Notes: generated by a model not told the origin, from the letters alone. 64,000 bases of DNA from Candidatus Latescibacterota bacterium (GCA_965248265.1 CBDFJF010000001.1:2240001-2304000); one strand, 5' to 3'; positions 29,137-40,174 are shown, counted from the first letter of the stretch. Program-made: numbers and translations.

Positions 29137-32100
29137 ATGTTGGCTCCGAGGGACCTTTCGACTATCTTTGGCGGCGATTCGGTCGATCCATACATGACTC
29201 AATACCTCATCCAAAACCTCATTCATACTCGAGTGCTGCGCGGCACCGCGCGAAATCGTACTGCCCCCACGCAGGGGTACGGCGGCGTTCCGCTTTTCCG
29301 CTGGCTCTTTGTGGGTAGTCTATGCGTCGTTCTGTGCGCACCATTAACCGCATGGGCGCAGTCCCTGCAGGACTCCGGGCTGGAGCTGCCGGGGCTCTGG
29401 GCAGGAGAGGCTGCATGGGGTGACTACGACGATGACGGCGATGTCGACCTCGCGCTGATTGGCGAGATCCACCAAGACGGTATCTGCACTCGCATCGCCC
29501 AGATTTATCGAAATGACAGCGGCATTCTCGTAGAAGACGTCGCACAGACTCAACGCCTCTCCGGCGTCTACTTCGGGGACCTAGGCTGGGCGGACTATGA
29601 CAGTGACGGCGACTTGGATCTCGGCATAGTCGGGTGGGACGCCGAAGACATTGAAAGCATGTCGCTTTACCGTAGCGAACCCGGCGGCACACCCGGAGAG
29701 GTCTTGCTCACTTTTGACGTCGAGCAGACCGACGGCACCGAATCCGTGTTCAGCGGCGTGCGCTACGCAACCATGTCGTGGGTAGATTACGACAACGACG
29801 GCGACCTCGATCTGGTGGTCAGCGGTATGGCATCGAATGGCACATCTTTGACCCGCGCGTATAGAAACGAAGATGGACACTTCCAAGAAGATGAGCTTAA
29901 CAGTGAAGCGCTCATCAACGTGCACAACGGAGACCTCGCGTGGGCCGACTACGACAGTGACGGCGATCTCGATCTGGCTCTTTCAGGGGAGACGGTCTTC
30001 GCGGAAGGAGAGATCCCGCGGGTAACTGAATTCTACGCCAATGGCCCGGTCGGGATTTTGGATCTCGACGAAGATGTTCGAGTTGAGCCAGCAGTCAAGG
30101 GCGGATCGCTAGCCTGGGCTGACTACGACACTGATGGCAACCCCGACTTGGCTGTTTCTGGCCGCGACGCCCAGTGGATCTCCATCCTGCAACTTTATCA
30201 GAATCGTCCGGCCGGAGTCTTGAGTCTCGATGGTAGTTTCAACACCAACGTCTCCGCCCTTGACGGGGGACTAGACTGGATCGACTACGACAACGATGGT
30301 TTTCTCGAACTGGCAGTCTCGGGCCGCACGAGACAATCCAACCACGTAGCCTCCGTTTTCGGCAACAACGATGGCACCGTCACAAGTGCTTCGGTGGAGC
30401 AGAGCCTGGTAGGTCTGGCTGGCGGATCCACGGCGTGGGGTGACTATGATGGTGATGGGCGCGCTGACCTAGTGCTGAGCGGCGTTGACGAGTCTGGCGA
30501 ACGCCGCTCGATCCTTTACGGAAACTTGGGTACGCCAGAGGCTAACCAAGCTCCCGATTCGCCGGAAAGCCTGCAACCGGTCGAGGTCACTAGCTCTCGG
30601 GCGCGGTTCAGTTGGGCACCTGGTGAGGACGTCGAATCAAGCGCTTTGAGTTACGTCATTCGGGTAGGCACCGAGCCTGGCGCAGGTGACATTGTCAGCG
30701 CCGCCACACCGCTGGGTCCGGGTACCGCCGGATTCAAGACCTCCTATGTACTGCATCGATTCTTTCCGCCTGATACCTACTACTGGAGTGTCCGGTCCGT
30801 CGATGGCTCCCTGGCTACATCATCCTTTACACAGGAAGATCAGTTCATAGTCGGTCGTTTCGTTTCGTCAGACCAACTGGTCCGTAGCCTGGACGAGTCC
30901 GCCATGACCTGGGGTGATGTCGATAATGACGGGGACGACGATCTCGTCATCATGGGTAAGAACAGGAGCGGCGAGCCGCAGACGCTTGCATACATCAATC
31001 GTGACGGCGTCATGACGCAAGAACTGAACGTCGGACTCAAACCGCTCCAAAAGGGCGATCTGGCCTGGGGTGACTATGACAACGACGGTGACCTCGACCT
31101 GATGTCCACTGGCGAGGACCCTGCCGGCAATCGTGCCAACCACCTCTATCGCACCGACGTTGTCGGACCTGATGAGGTCGAATTCACCGAGGTGGACACC
31201 ATTCGATCGGGCCTGTCCAACAGCTCGGCCGATTGGGGTGACGTGGACAACGACGGTGATATTGACCTGCTACTCATGGGTCAGAGTGGCCAGGTCGAAG
31301 GCGGACTGCAGCGGTCCTTTACGCAACTTTGGACCAACGATGGGGCCGGTAGCTTTTCCGCGTCGTCTTCCGCCGACTTGGTTGGATTGAACAATGGCGA
31401 GGCCTTGTTCGGGGACGTCGACGGCGATGGTGACCTCGACGTTATGACGACCGGAGTCGATACAGATGGCGATCTCCAGGCAAAATTGTATGAAAACTTC
31501 CTCCCGGACCCATTGCGTGACATAGGATTGTCCGTTCCAGGAATGCAATCCTCCGACATCGCTCTTGGTGATTTCGATCGCGACGGCGATCTGGACTTGG
31601 CGGCCGGTGGATTAACGGCAACGGGGCTGTCCTCGTCGGTCTACACCAATGATGGAGTAGGTGGTTTTGAGCAACTCCTTGGTGTTGACCTACCGGGAAT
31701 CCAAGGAGGTGACTTGGCTTGGGCAGATTTCGACAACGACCAGGACCTCGACCTCGTCCTCGCCGGTAACACAGGTGGCCTCGACAAAGTGCTACAACTT
31801 TACGAGAACACCATTGGCCGCGTCGCACCGGATGCATCCTTCATTCTCTTGAATCTTCCTGTGTTGCAAGGCGTTGATTTCAGCTCGGTATCAATGGCCG
31901 ACATAGACAGCGACGGTGACCTCGATCTAGTCTCTTCCGGCAAGAATTCAGGAGCATCACAATCGACGTCCGTCAATGACAATCTAGCTGCTCAGCAATT
32001 GATCGTGAATAGGCCGCCTGGCACTCCCTCAGACCTAATAGCCGGCGACTCGGCAGACCGCGTTACCCTGAGTTGGCAGGCCGGTTCCGACGACGCTGAC

Positions 32101-35100
32101 CCGCCGGCGGAAAGCCTCACCTACAACGCCCGCGTCGGTACGGTGCCCGAAGCAGACGACGTGCTCTCCGGCGCAATCGCTCTGGGCCATGGGAACATCG
32201 GCGCCCGCCTGATGCGCGACCTCTCTGGTCTGACCAGTGGTACCTATTACTGGTCCGTGCAGACCGTCGACGTCGGTGGCGCACGCTCCGCCTGGCGCGA
32301 CGGTGACCCTTTCATCATCGACACCGTCAATCCTACGCTCGGCGGCTTCTTGTTGAATAAGGATCAGTTTGGATTGGGCCAGACGGTCACCCTGGGACTG
32401 TCGTTTCTGGATGAACACTCCGGAGTCAACGCCAACGCCGAGGTTGCGCCGTTGGTGAAGGCCGAAATAGGTGGTACGCCGTTTCCGTTTTCTCAGTTGC
32501 TGTTTAGTGGCCGCACCTGGAGTGGTGAACTGGAGGTCACCGCGGACATGCCTTCCGGCGAAGCTGTGTTGTCCGTATCCGGTCTGGTGGACCTGAAGGG
32601 CAACTCTCTGGCCGACACGGTCATCGACACCTTTGTCGTTGACACGGATCTGCCGGTCATCGTCGATCGCCTGCCATCAGAGGATGCCACCGGGGTAGCC
32701 CAGAGCGCCACAGAGATTGCGATCGGATTCTCCGAAGCCATCGACCCGGCTACAATCACGGTCGACAACTTCGCCGTGACGCGAGCCAATATCCCCGTCC
32801 CGCTGAGAATCGAGCGGCCAGCAGACACGTCGGACACGGTCACCCTGATTTTCGAGGAGACGCTGCGACCGGGATCGCTCTACAACGTCGAGGTGTCGGC
32901 GGCGATTCAGGATCTGGCCGCGAACCGGCCGGCCGACGCCATTTCCTGGAGCTTTTCCACCCAGATTCCGCAGCTCACGGCGACGGATCCCATGGCGGAG
33001 AGTACCGATGTCCCCCTTGATGATGGCCGTCTGAGCGCCACCTTCGACTCGGGACTGGATGTGTCTGCCCTCACCGACGCCATCGAAATCCTGCGCGACG
33101 AACAGGCGGTCGATCTGCGCGACGACGCCGTCTTCGACACCGAGACCAACACCCTCTCCTTCGAGATCGACGAAGGCCTGTTGCCCGGGAGCCGCTATCG
33201 CGTCGTCCTCTCCGGCCTTTTGGCCGGACCGCTGGGCGCCGTCAGTCAGGGCGATTTTGACTGGCGCTTCACTACCGCGGTGCCGCAGATCTCGAGCCTG
33301 ACCCCCGCCAACGGCGACACCACCGTGTCCGTCGAAGACGACGACATCAGGGCCATCTTCGACCAACGATTGGATCCTGTGGCCGCCCTCACCGCCAGCA
33401 ATATCCGCGTGACCGAGCAAGGGTTGCCGATCGAGACTGACGACGTAGAGTACAATCCCGACACCGGGTCATTGAGCTTTTCACCTGAAGATGGATTGAA
33501 AGCCGGCACGCGCTATGCCGTGACCATTGATGGATCCGTGGGTGGCCTGCTGCGTCAGGAAATCGGTGACTACTCCTGGGACTTCAGCACGGCCGTGCCC
33601 ATGGTCGAGAGTACCGCCCCTCTGGGCGGCGAGATCGTCAGCACCGCCGATCTGACAGCGGCAACGGTTCAGTTTTCCGTGCCACTCGACGACGACCAGG
33701 TCATTCCAGCGAACTTCATTCTCCTGCGTGAGGGCGCTGCCGTTTCGCTGCGAGAAGGAGACCCCGTTGTCCTGGGCCCAGGCCTGTATGGCTTGGCAGA
33801 GACGGATGGTTGGAAGGTCGGCAGCTCCTACGCCATCAGCATTGCCACGACCGTCCAGGGACCGCTTGGCCCAGGGCAGGTCTTGGGGTGGCAGTTTCAG
33901 ACCACCGTCCCCGATACCATCTCCGTGAGTCCTGCCGCCGGCTCGGACGACGTCGATGTGGGCATCTCCGGCATCACTGCCTTGTTCGATGATCTCATCG
34001 ACGAAGGGGCGTTGCAAGCCGAGGGCAATGTCGTCCTCGCGCGTGAAGGGCGTCCGATCGAGATCACCGATCCAATCGGCTACGATCGCGCCGCCGGGGA
34101 GGTGACGATTCCAGTCAGTGATCTCAGAGCCGGAACACCCTACCAGGTGCTCATTGCCTCTGATGTGGCCGGGCCACGTGCGGCCGGAGAATTCCGTTGG
34201 GGGTTCAGCACCCGCATCCCGACTATAGCGTCGACGGTGCCCCCCGATAACTCGTCGATTGCCGCGGGACCTCGCCGTATTCAGCTCATTTTTTCCAGCA
34301 ACGTCGATGAAAGGCTGGCACGCGACCCCGATAACTACCGCCTGACCAGTGGCGGACAATCAATCGAACTGACCGCCGCCGAATTCCTCTACGATGATGG
34401 CAGCTTCACCGTCAGTCTTCCCGAAATCGAATTTTTGTCTGGAACGGGTTACGACCTGATCGTCAATTCCCGTCTGGGCGGACCGCTGGCTCAGCGCCCC
34501 GATGACGAATTCCGTTTCCAGACAGATTTACCGACGGTTGTTGAGACAGAACCGGTCGCCGCATCTGAGGGAGTCGTGACGAGTCATCCGCCCATCAGGC
34601 TGGTTTTTTCGGGCCCCGTGGCCAATCAGGACGCCACCGGGTTTCAATTGCGGGCACGTCCGCTTGCGCAGGCATTGGCAAACAGCGATGCGCCATTCGG
34701 ACTCCTGTCGATCGCAGGGTTTGGCCTGGATCCGACAGGCTCCGAAGTAAACTTCGCTCCTGAAGGCGGCTTCCGACCCTTCACTGAATATCAGGTTCTT
34801 GTGGATCCCAGCGTATTCGGTCAATTGGCCATAGACGGCTTCACCTTGGCCTTCAGCACGGCAGCGCGGATCGGCAATACGGCAAGCGGCGGCACGATTT
34901 CCAATGCGGACCGATCAGTGGAGCTCTATTTCCCTCCGAACGCGCTCTCTGGAGGTGTGGATGGCGAGGTCGTCATCCAGTCGCTTGAGGCAACTGATGC
35001 CGGCAAGGTGATCACCGTAAAGCCAACGCAGGCCACGCTCACACAGATTGGTCAGGCTTGGGAGATAGACGGGCTGGGAGCCAGCCTGATGAAACCTGCT

Positions 35101-35604
35101 ACCCTGACGATGCGCTACACCGATCAGGAACTCGGCAGCCTCAACGCCGCCCGGCTCGGCATATTCAGGCTCGACGGCACCGATTGGGTCCGGATCGGCG
35201 GCACAGCTGATCCAACCGCGGCTCAGGTCCGAACTACAATAGAAGAGTTCGCCGTCTACGCTCTGTTCGAGGACCTCAGTGCCCAGGTCGGCGCTCTCGC
35301 GATCGCCGGCATCGAAGTGCAACCGCAGGCCTTCGCCCCTTCGGGTGGCCGCGGCAACATGCGGCAGGAGACCGATATCTCCTTCGACTTGTCGGGGCCC
35401 GCTGACGTCACTGTACGCGTTTACAGCGCCTCAGGCAGGCTCGAGCGCGTCATCGCTCGGGATACCCCGATGGGGCAGGGCCGCAACTCCCTGGTCTGGG
35501 ATGGGCGCGACGAAGACCGCAAGACCGTGGGCAGTGGCCTTTACATCGTCGTCGTCAGTACCGGAGACGAGCAGGCCGAGAAAGTAGTCGCGGTGGTGAG
35601 ATGA
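29137..35604 (+). CDS. giant surface protein: two FG-GAP propellers, each followed by FN3; multiple Big_5-like Ig domains; ZU5/GAIN-like domain; FlgD-Ig C-terminal domain
   Basis: Many WGDYDNDGDLDL repeats; TYYWSV FN3 ends; repeated F...ID..T...L.PG..Y.V.....W.F.T; C-terminal VRVYSASGRLERV...WDGRDE..VGSGLYIV. Start uncertain (29137 or 29194). Confidence 0.85.
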   Translation: MLAPRDLSTIFGGDSVDPYMTQYLIQNLIHTRVLRGTARNRTAPTQGYGGVPLFRWLFVGSLCVVLCAPLTAWAQSLQDSGLELPGLWAGEAAWGDYDDDGDVDLALIGEIHQDGICTRIAQIYRNDSGILVEDVAQTQRLSGVYFGDLGWADYDSDGDLDLGIVGWDAEDIESMSLYRSEPGGTPGEVLLTFDVEQTDGTESVFSGVRYATMSWVDYDNDGDLDLVVSGMASNGTSLTRAYRNEDGHFQEDELNSEALINVHNGDLAWADYDSDGDLDLALSGETVFAEGEIPRVTEFYANGPVGILDLDEDVRVEPAVKGGSLAWADYDTDGNPDLAVSGRDAQWISILQLYQNRPAGVLSLDGSFNTNVSALDGGLDWIDYDNDGFLELAVSGRTRQSNHVASVFGNNDGTVTSASVEQSLVGLAGGSTAWGDYDGDGRADLVLSGVDESGERRSILYGNLGTPEANQAPDSPESLQPVEVTSSRARFSWAPGEDVESSALSYVIRVGTEPGAGDIVSAATPLGPGTAGFKTSYVLHRFFPPDTYYWSVRSVDGSLATSSFTQEDQFIVGRFVSSDQLVRSLDESAMTWGDVDNDGDDDLVIMGKNRSGEPQTLAYINRDGVMTQELNVGLKPLQKGDLAWGDYDNDGDLDLMSTGEDPAGNRANHLYRTDVVGPDEVEFTEVDTIRSGLSNSSADWGDVDNDGDIDLLLMGQSGQVEGGLQRSFTQLWTNDGAGSFSASSSADLVGLNNGEALFGDVDGDGDLDVMTTGVDTDGDLQAKLYENFLPDPLRDIGLSVPGMQSSDIALGDFDRDGDLDLAAGGLTATGLSSSVYTNDGVGGFEQLLGVDLPGIQGGDLAWADFDNDQDLDLVLAGNTGGLDKVLQLYENTIGRVAPDASFILLNLPVLQGVDFSSVSMADIDSDGDLDLVSSGKNSGASQSTSVNDNLAAQQLIVNRPPGTPSDLIAGDSADRVTLSWQAGSDDADPPAESLTYNARVGTVPEADDVLSGAIALGHGNIGARLMRDLSGLTSGTYYWSVQTVDVGGARSAWRDGDPFIIDTVNPTLGGFLLNKDQFGLGQTVTLGLSFLDEHSGVNANAEVAPLVKAEIGGTPFPFSQLLFSGRTWSGELEVTADMPSGEAVLSVSGLVDLKGNSLADTVIDTFVVDTDLPVIVDRLPSEDATGVAQSATEIAIGFSEAIDPATITVDNFAVTRANIPVPLRIERPADTSDTVTLIFEETLRPGSLYNVEVSAAIQDLAANRPADAISWSFSTQIPQLTATDPMAESTDVPLDDGRLSATFDSGLDVSALTDAIEILRDEQAVDLRDDAVFDTETNTLSFEIDEGLLPGSRYRVVLSGLLAGPLGAVSQGDFDWRFTTAVPQISSLTPANGDTTVSVEDDDIRAIFDQRLDPVAALTASNIRVTEQGLPIETDDVEYNPDTGSLSFSPEDGLKAGTRYAVTIDGSVGGLLRQEIGDYSWDFSTAVPMVESTAPLGGEIVSTADLTAATVQFSVPLDDDQVIPANFILLREGAAVSLREGDPVVLGPGLYGLAETDGWKVGSSYAISIATTVQGPLGPGQVLGWQFQTTVPDTISVSPAAGSDDVDVGISGITALFDDLIDEGALQAEGNVVLAREGRPIEITDPIGYDRAAGEVTIPVSDLRAGTPYQVLIASDVAGPRAAGEFRWGFSTRIPTIASTVPPDNSSIAAGPRRIQLIFSSNVDERLARDPDNYRLTSGGQSIELTAAEFLYDDGSFTVSLPEIEFLSGTGYDLIVNSRLGGPLAQRPDDEFRFQTDLPTVVETEPVAASEGVVTSHPPIRLVFSGPVANQDATGFQLRARPLAQALANSDAPFGLLSIAGFGLDPTGSEVNFAPEGGFRPFTEYQVLVDPSVFGQLAIDGFTLAFSTAARIGNTASGGTISNADRSVELYFPPNALSGGVDGEVVIQSLEATDAGKVITVKPTQATLTQIGQAWEIDGLGASLMKPATLTMRYTDQELGSLNAARLGIFRLDGTDWVRIGGTADPTAAQVRTTIEEFAVYALFEDLSAQVGALAIAGIEVQPQAFAPSGGRGNMRQETDISFDLSGPADVTVRVYSASGRLERVIARDTPMGQGRNSLVWDGRDEDRKTVGSGLYIVVVSTGDEQAEKVVAVVR

Positions 35605-37067
35605 TGGGGCTTGTGAAGCATCGTCATGTATTCGTTGCCTCGGCGCTCATCGCACTATGCCATGCCCTGCCTCTGCAAGCCCAGACTTTTTCGAGCCCTG
35701 CAGCTGCGGCCAATGTGGCTGATGGCGGAGCCTTCAGCACCAATTCCAGCTGGGGCGATTTTGATGGTGATGGCGATATAGATGCTTACGTGACCAACTG
35801 GGTATCGCTACCTAACCCACTATACCAGAACAACGGCGATGGCTCTTTTATCGACGTTGCAGAGGCCAAGGGTGTCACTGACCTCGGTAACAGTGTGGCA
35901 GCTGCTTGGGGCGACTACGACAACGACGGCGATCTCGATCTCTATGTGGTCGACTTCCGAGTGCAGGATCAACTATTCGAAAACACAGATGGCAGTTTCG
36001 CCGAAATCGGCCGTACCCGCGAGCTCATCAACCTTATTAAGTTGGGCAGTGAAACCTCGGTTGCCTGGGGTGATTACGACAACGACGGCTTCCTCGACCT
36101 CTACCTGGGCAAGTATTACCACGACAACGAGCTGTACCACAATTCGGGCGACGGCAGCTTCGAACCCGTGACCGACCTCGGTGTTGGCGATCGCCGCGAC
36201 ACCAACGGGTTCACCTGGGTCGATTACGACAACGACGGCGATCTGGACCTTTATGTCGTCAATCGCGACCAGGAAAACGGCCTCTACCGCAACGACCTGA
36301 GTGATGACAGTGTCTTCACAGAACGTGCGTGTGCCCTGTCCGTAGCCAACACGGAAATCGGCCAGAACGGCACCTGGGGTGACTACGACAACGACGGCGA
36401 CCTGGATCTGTTCCTCGCCAATGTCGGGGCCAACAACCTCTACCGTAATGACGGCGCCGAGAGCTTCGTCGATGTCGCCGACGCCGCCGGCGTGCGCCAG
36501 GCGTCGTCGGGCTGGATCACGGCGATGGCGGCATGGGCCGACTACGATGGCGATGGGTTTCTCGATCTGTACACAGCCAACGGCGGCGACGAGCTCCAGC
36601 AGGAAGATGTGCTCTTCGCCAGCAACGGCAACGGCACCTTCCGCAACGCCACCGCGGATGCGCTGCTGTCCACGGCCGGCAGCGCGCATTTGTCGACTAC
36701 CTGGGTTGACTTCGATGGCGACGGCGCACCCGATCTCTACAGCACTGATGGCTGGGGATTCGGCAACATCCTTTCACTCAACGAGACACCCGACGAACGC
36801 TTCATCAAAGTGACCGTGCGCGGCAAGGGTGCTGCTGCCGGAGGCAACAACATCTTCGGCATCGGATCGCAGGTGCGGCTCTTCGATGCGGAGACCGATG
36901 CCCTCGTCGCCTACAGGCAAGTGCTGTCGAGCTCCAGCCCGGGGGAGGTGACCTTCGGAGCTCCAGCGGGACCCTACAACGTCCAGGTTCGTTTTCCCGG
37001 CAATGAAATTCCCATGATCGTCGGCAATGTCAGCGGCGGCGAAAGCATCACGATCGAAGAGCCATGA
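35601..37067 (+). CDS. secreted CRTAC1/ASPIC-like FG-GAP propeller protein
   Basis: Signal peptide; seven WGDYDNDGDLDLY-type repeats; N..GIGSQV..FG..VRFP tail. Start overlaps the upstream stop. Confidence 0.85.
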   Translation: MMGLVKHRHVFVASALIALCHALPLQAQTFSSPAAAANVADGGAFSTNSSWGDFDGDGDIDAYVTNWVSLPNPLYQNNGDGSFIDVAEAKGVTDLGNSVAAAWGDYDNDGDLDLYVVDFRVQDQLFENTDGSFAEIGRTRELINLIKLGSETSVAWGDYDNDGFLDLYLGKYYHDNELYHNSGDGSFEPVTDLGVGDRRDTNGFTWVDYDNDGDLDLYVVNRDQENGLYRNDLSDDSVFTERACALSVANTEIGQNGTWGDYDNDGDLDLFLANVGANNLYRNDGAESFVDVADAAGVRQASSGWITAMAAWADYDGDGFLDLYTANGGDELQQEDVLFASNGNGTFRNATADALLSTAGSAHLSTTWVDFDGDGAPDLYSTDGWGFGNILSLNETPDERFIKVTVRGKGAAAGGNNIFGIGSQVRLFDAETDALVAYRQVLSSSSPGEVTFGAPAGPYNVQVRFPGNEIPMIVGNVSGGESITIEEP

Positions 37068-40000
37068 GCGCTCGCGTCAACGGCCATCGCCTTCAACGGC
37101 TCCACGACCGGCGCTTCGGCAGTCTTTTGCCGGGTCTGCTGGCACTCGTCATCGCCTCAGCCCCTTTTGCTGCCGAGGCCACTGCGCGCCAGACGGATGT
37201 GGGCGTGCGCGCGATCAGCATGGGAGGCGCCTTCGTCGCTGTCGGATCCGACGCGACCGCCATCTACTGGAATCCAGCGGCGATCGCCGCCTTACAGCGC
37301 CAGGAACTCGACCTGGATTACGCCGATCACTTCGGCCTGGGTCTGAATGAGGCTCATCTGAGCTACGTCCTGCCTGCGACCGCCAACCACGCGCTGGGAA
37401 TTGATTGGTTCCACCGCGGCTTCGACGATGTCAGCGGCGGACTGGGGCTCAAATCCGGCTTCGACCGCATCTCCTTCGCCTACGGCTACCGCAACGGCAT
37501 CCGGCGGTTGCGTCCCTGGATCGGCAACACCTCCATCGGCATCGCTGGCAAGTACGTGTCGCAGGACACCGACCTCGATGGCCAATCCGTCATGAGCGCT
37601 TCCGGCCTCGGCCTCGACCTGGGAGTACTGGTGCCGCTGCTCCACAACCTGCGTTTGGGATTCTCGATTCAGGACCTGGGCGGCACGTCGGTCGAGCACG
37701 ACAGCGGACTCAACGAACAGATCTTCGACGCCAATTACCGTGTGGGTCTGGCCTACAAACCCCCGATCGAGGGCTTGACCCTTGCAGCCGACATCGATGA
37801 CCATGCGCGAGTCGGCGCCGAGTACTGGATCGCCAGCCAGCTCGCCCTCAGGGCCGGCCTCAAGACCGAGCTGGACACGCCGGAGAGCCAGAGTGATGCA
37901 ACCACGGCGTCCTTCGGAGTCGGGGTCAAGTACCGCTACGCCGAACTTGATTATGCGTATGAACGGCATCCCGTCCTCGACGTCACCCACTATACGTCAC
38001 TGTCGCTTTCCTACAATCCACGGGTGGTGACGATAAAGGATGCCACGGTCCGGCCGAGTCCGATTTTCCGCTCGCTCTACCAGCATTACCAGGAAAACGA
38101 TTTCTTCGACGTCGTCATCGGCAACTCAGCCCCGGAGCCGATCGAGGCGACCGTCGGCATCATGCTGCCGAAGGTGATGACGGTGCCTCATCAGGAAACC
38201 GTCGTACTGCCGGCTCAGAGCACGGAGAAGTACACCTTCAAGGTTACGTTCGACGAAGATCTCTTCAACCAGCCTGAGGCCTACTACGACAATTTCGTGT
38301 TGCCCGTCGTCAGTGTCAGTTATACCCGCGGTCGCCGCGACCAGACCGTCGACAAGCAACTCGAGCGCGTCTACGTCGCCGGCAAGGGCAAACTGAGTTG
38401 GAATGTTGACGGCATGGCTGCCGCCTTCGTAACCCCGGCGGACCTCGCCGTCTCCGGAATGGCTCGCGGCATGATACAGATCTACGACGAGCTCCTGAGC
38501 GGCAAGTTCAACCGCTCCAACATCGGCAAGGCTGCCATCCTCTTCGACGCCATGGGCGTGCACAGTCTGAGTTATCAGGCGGACCAGAAGACGCCTTTCG
38601 CCAATGTTTCCGACGACAAGACGATCTTCGACACGGTGCAGTACCCGAGCGAATTGCTCTACAAGGAAGAAGGCGTCGACACCAAGATCGGCGACTGCGA
38701 TGACCTGACCGTCCTCTATGCCTCATTGCTGGAGAACCTGAGCATCGACACGGCTTTTCTTGAGGCCAATGACCCGGGCAAGGGCCATATCTACCTGATG
38801 TTCGATAGCGGCATCCCCAGCGATCGCGTCGAAGACCACTTTCTCAGCTCGGCGGAATACGTCGCCTGGGAAGGCCGCATCTGGATCCCGATCGAAACCA
38901 CCATGTTCGGGTTCACCTTTGGTGATGCCTGGCGCAACGGGGTGGCCGAATACAAGCGCCTGAAGCCCCTCAAGCTCATCGACGAGGTCTATGTCCAGAA
39001 GTGGATGCAGATCTACAAGCCGGCGGTCTTGCCGCCTGCCATCGTAGAGCTGCCCTCGATGGCAGACGTCGACTCGCTTCTGTCTCGCGATATCGCCTAC
39101 CTGGACCAGCGCACGGACCAGATTGCCCTGAGTGCGGTTACTTCATTGGAGACGGCGGACGGTGCCTACGATGCTGGAGTGGCCTACTTGCGCGCCAACC
39201 ACCTGGAAAAAGCGTTGGGCATGTTCGATCGGGCACTCGGCATGAATCCGAACCACGCGGATGCCATCAATGCCCGCGGCGTGGTACTGACCAAGAGGGG
39301 TTCGTACGACGAGGCGCTGCAACTGTTCAGGCGCGCCCTGGAACTCGACGACAACAACGGCTTCCGCATGAACATCGCCCTCGCCTATTACATGAAGGGT
39401 GAGCGCGAATCCGCCAACCTGATGTTCGAGGGGGTGGTGGCCCTGGATGAATCGTATTCCCAGCTCTTCGACTTCCTCGCTGACGTCGGAGCCGCCGAGG
39501 AATTCTACGAGGTGGGCGTCAGCTATCTGCGCCAGAGCAACCTCGACAAGGCGCTGGAACAGTTCGACCAGGCCGAGGCCGCGGATCCACAGTTCGCCGA
39601 TGCCGTCAATGCCCGTGGCGTGGTGCTGAGCAGAAAGGGGCGTTATCCAGAGGCGCTGGAGCAGTTTGAGCTCGCCGCCCAGATGGATACCGATCAGCTG
39701 GGCTATCGCCTCAATGTCGCCCTGGCTCATCATCTGTTGGGGAACCCGAAGCGAGCCGAGACTCTGTACCGGCAGGTTGTCGCCGTCGATGACGGCTATG
39801 AAGGTTTGTTCGATTTCCTCGAGGCCACTGAGTCGGCTGAGCAGTACTACCAGCTGGCGGCCGGTTACATGCAACAGCGTCGTTGGGACAAGGCGTTGGA
39901 GTATCTCGAGTACGCGTTGAGTGGCGATCCCGAAATGGGGGATGCGCACAACGCCCTCGGTGTGGTGCTGACGCGTCAGGGAGATTACGATGGCGCTTAC

Positions 40001-40174
40001 ACTGCCTTCTCCCAAGCTGAGGCGTTGATGCCGACCAACGCAGGTGTCATGATCAACATGGCGATCGTCCGCTACCTGCAGGGGCGTCGGCACGAGTCGG
40101 CAGTCCTGTACCGGCAGGTTGTGGAGATGGACAGCCGGTACGAGGGTTTCCTCGATTTTCTGACCGTGGAGTAG
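37064..40174 (+). CDS. PorV/PorQ-like outer-membrane barrel fused to a transglutaminase-like Cys-His domain and TPR repeats
   Basis: GVRAISMGGAFVAVGSDATAIYWNPA...YTSLSLSY barrel; GDCDDLTVLYASLLE..GHIYLMFD..WIPIETT; three repeated TPR modules. ATGA coupling to the upstream gene. Confidence 0.8.
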   Translation: MSARVNGHRLQRLHDRRFGSLLPGLLALVIASAPFAAEATARQTDVGVRAISMGGAFVAVGSDATAIYWNPAAIAALQRQELDLDYADHFGLGLNEAHLSYVLPATANHALGIDWFHRGFDDVSGGLGLKSGFDRISFAYGYRNGIRRLRPWIGNTSIGIAGKYVSQDTDLDGQSVMSASGLGLDLGVLVPLLHNLRLGFSIQDLGGTSVEHDSGLNEQIFDANYRVGLAYKPPIEGLTLAADIDDHARVGAEYWIASQLALRAGLKTELDTPESQSDATTASFGVGVKYRYAELDYAYERHPVLDVTHYTSLSLSYNPRVVTIKDATVRPSPIFRSLYQHYQENDFFDVVIGNSAPEPIEATVGIMLPKVMTVPHQETVVLPAQSTEKYTFKVTFDEDLFNQPEAYYDNFVLPVVSVSYTRGRRDQTVDKQLERVYVAGKGKLSWNVDGMAAAFVTPADLAVSGMARGMIQIYDELLSGKFNRSNIGKAAILFDAMGVHSLSYQADQKTPFANVSDDKTIFDTVQYPSELLYKEEGVDTKIGDCDDLTVLYASLLENLSIDTAFLEANDPGKGHIYLMFDSGIPSDRVEDHFLSSAEYVAWEGRIWIPIETTMFGFTFGDAWRNGVAEYKRLKPLKLIDEVYVQKWMQIYKPAVLPPAIVELPSMADVDSLLSRDIAYLDQRTDQIALSAVTSLETADGAYDAGVAYLRANHLEKALGMFDRALGMNPNHADAINARGVVLTKRGSYDEALQLFRRALELDDNNGFRMNIALAYYMKGERESANLMFEGVVALDESYSQLFDFLADVGAAEEFYEVGVSYLRQSNLDKALEQFDQAEAADPQFADAVNARGVVLSRKGRYPEALEQFELAAQMDTDQLGYRLNVALAHHLLGNPKRAETLYRQVVAVDDGYEGLFDFLEATESAEQYYQLAAGYMQQRRWDKALEYLEYALSGDPEMGDAHNALGVVLTRQGDYDGAYTAFSQAEALMPTNAGVMINMAIVRYLQGRRHESAVLYRQVVEMDSRYEGFLDFLTVE

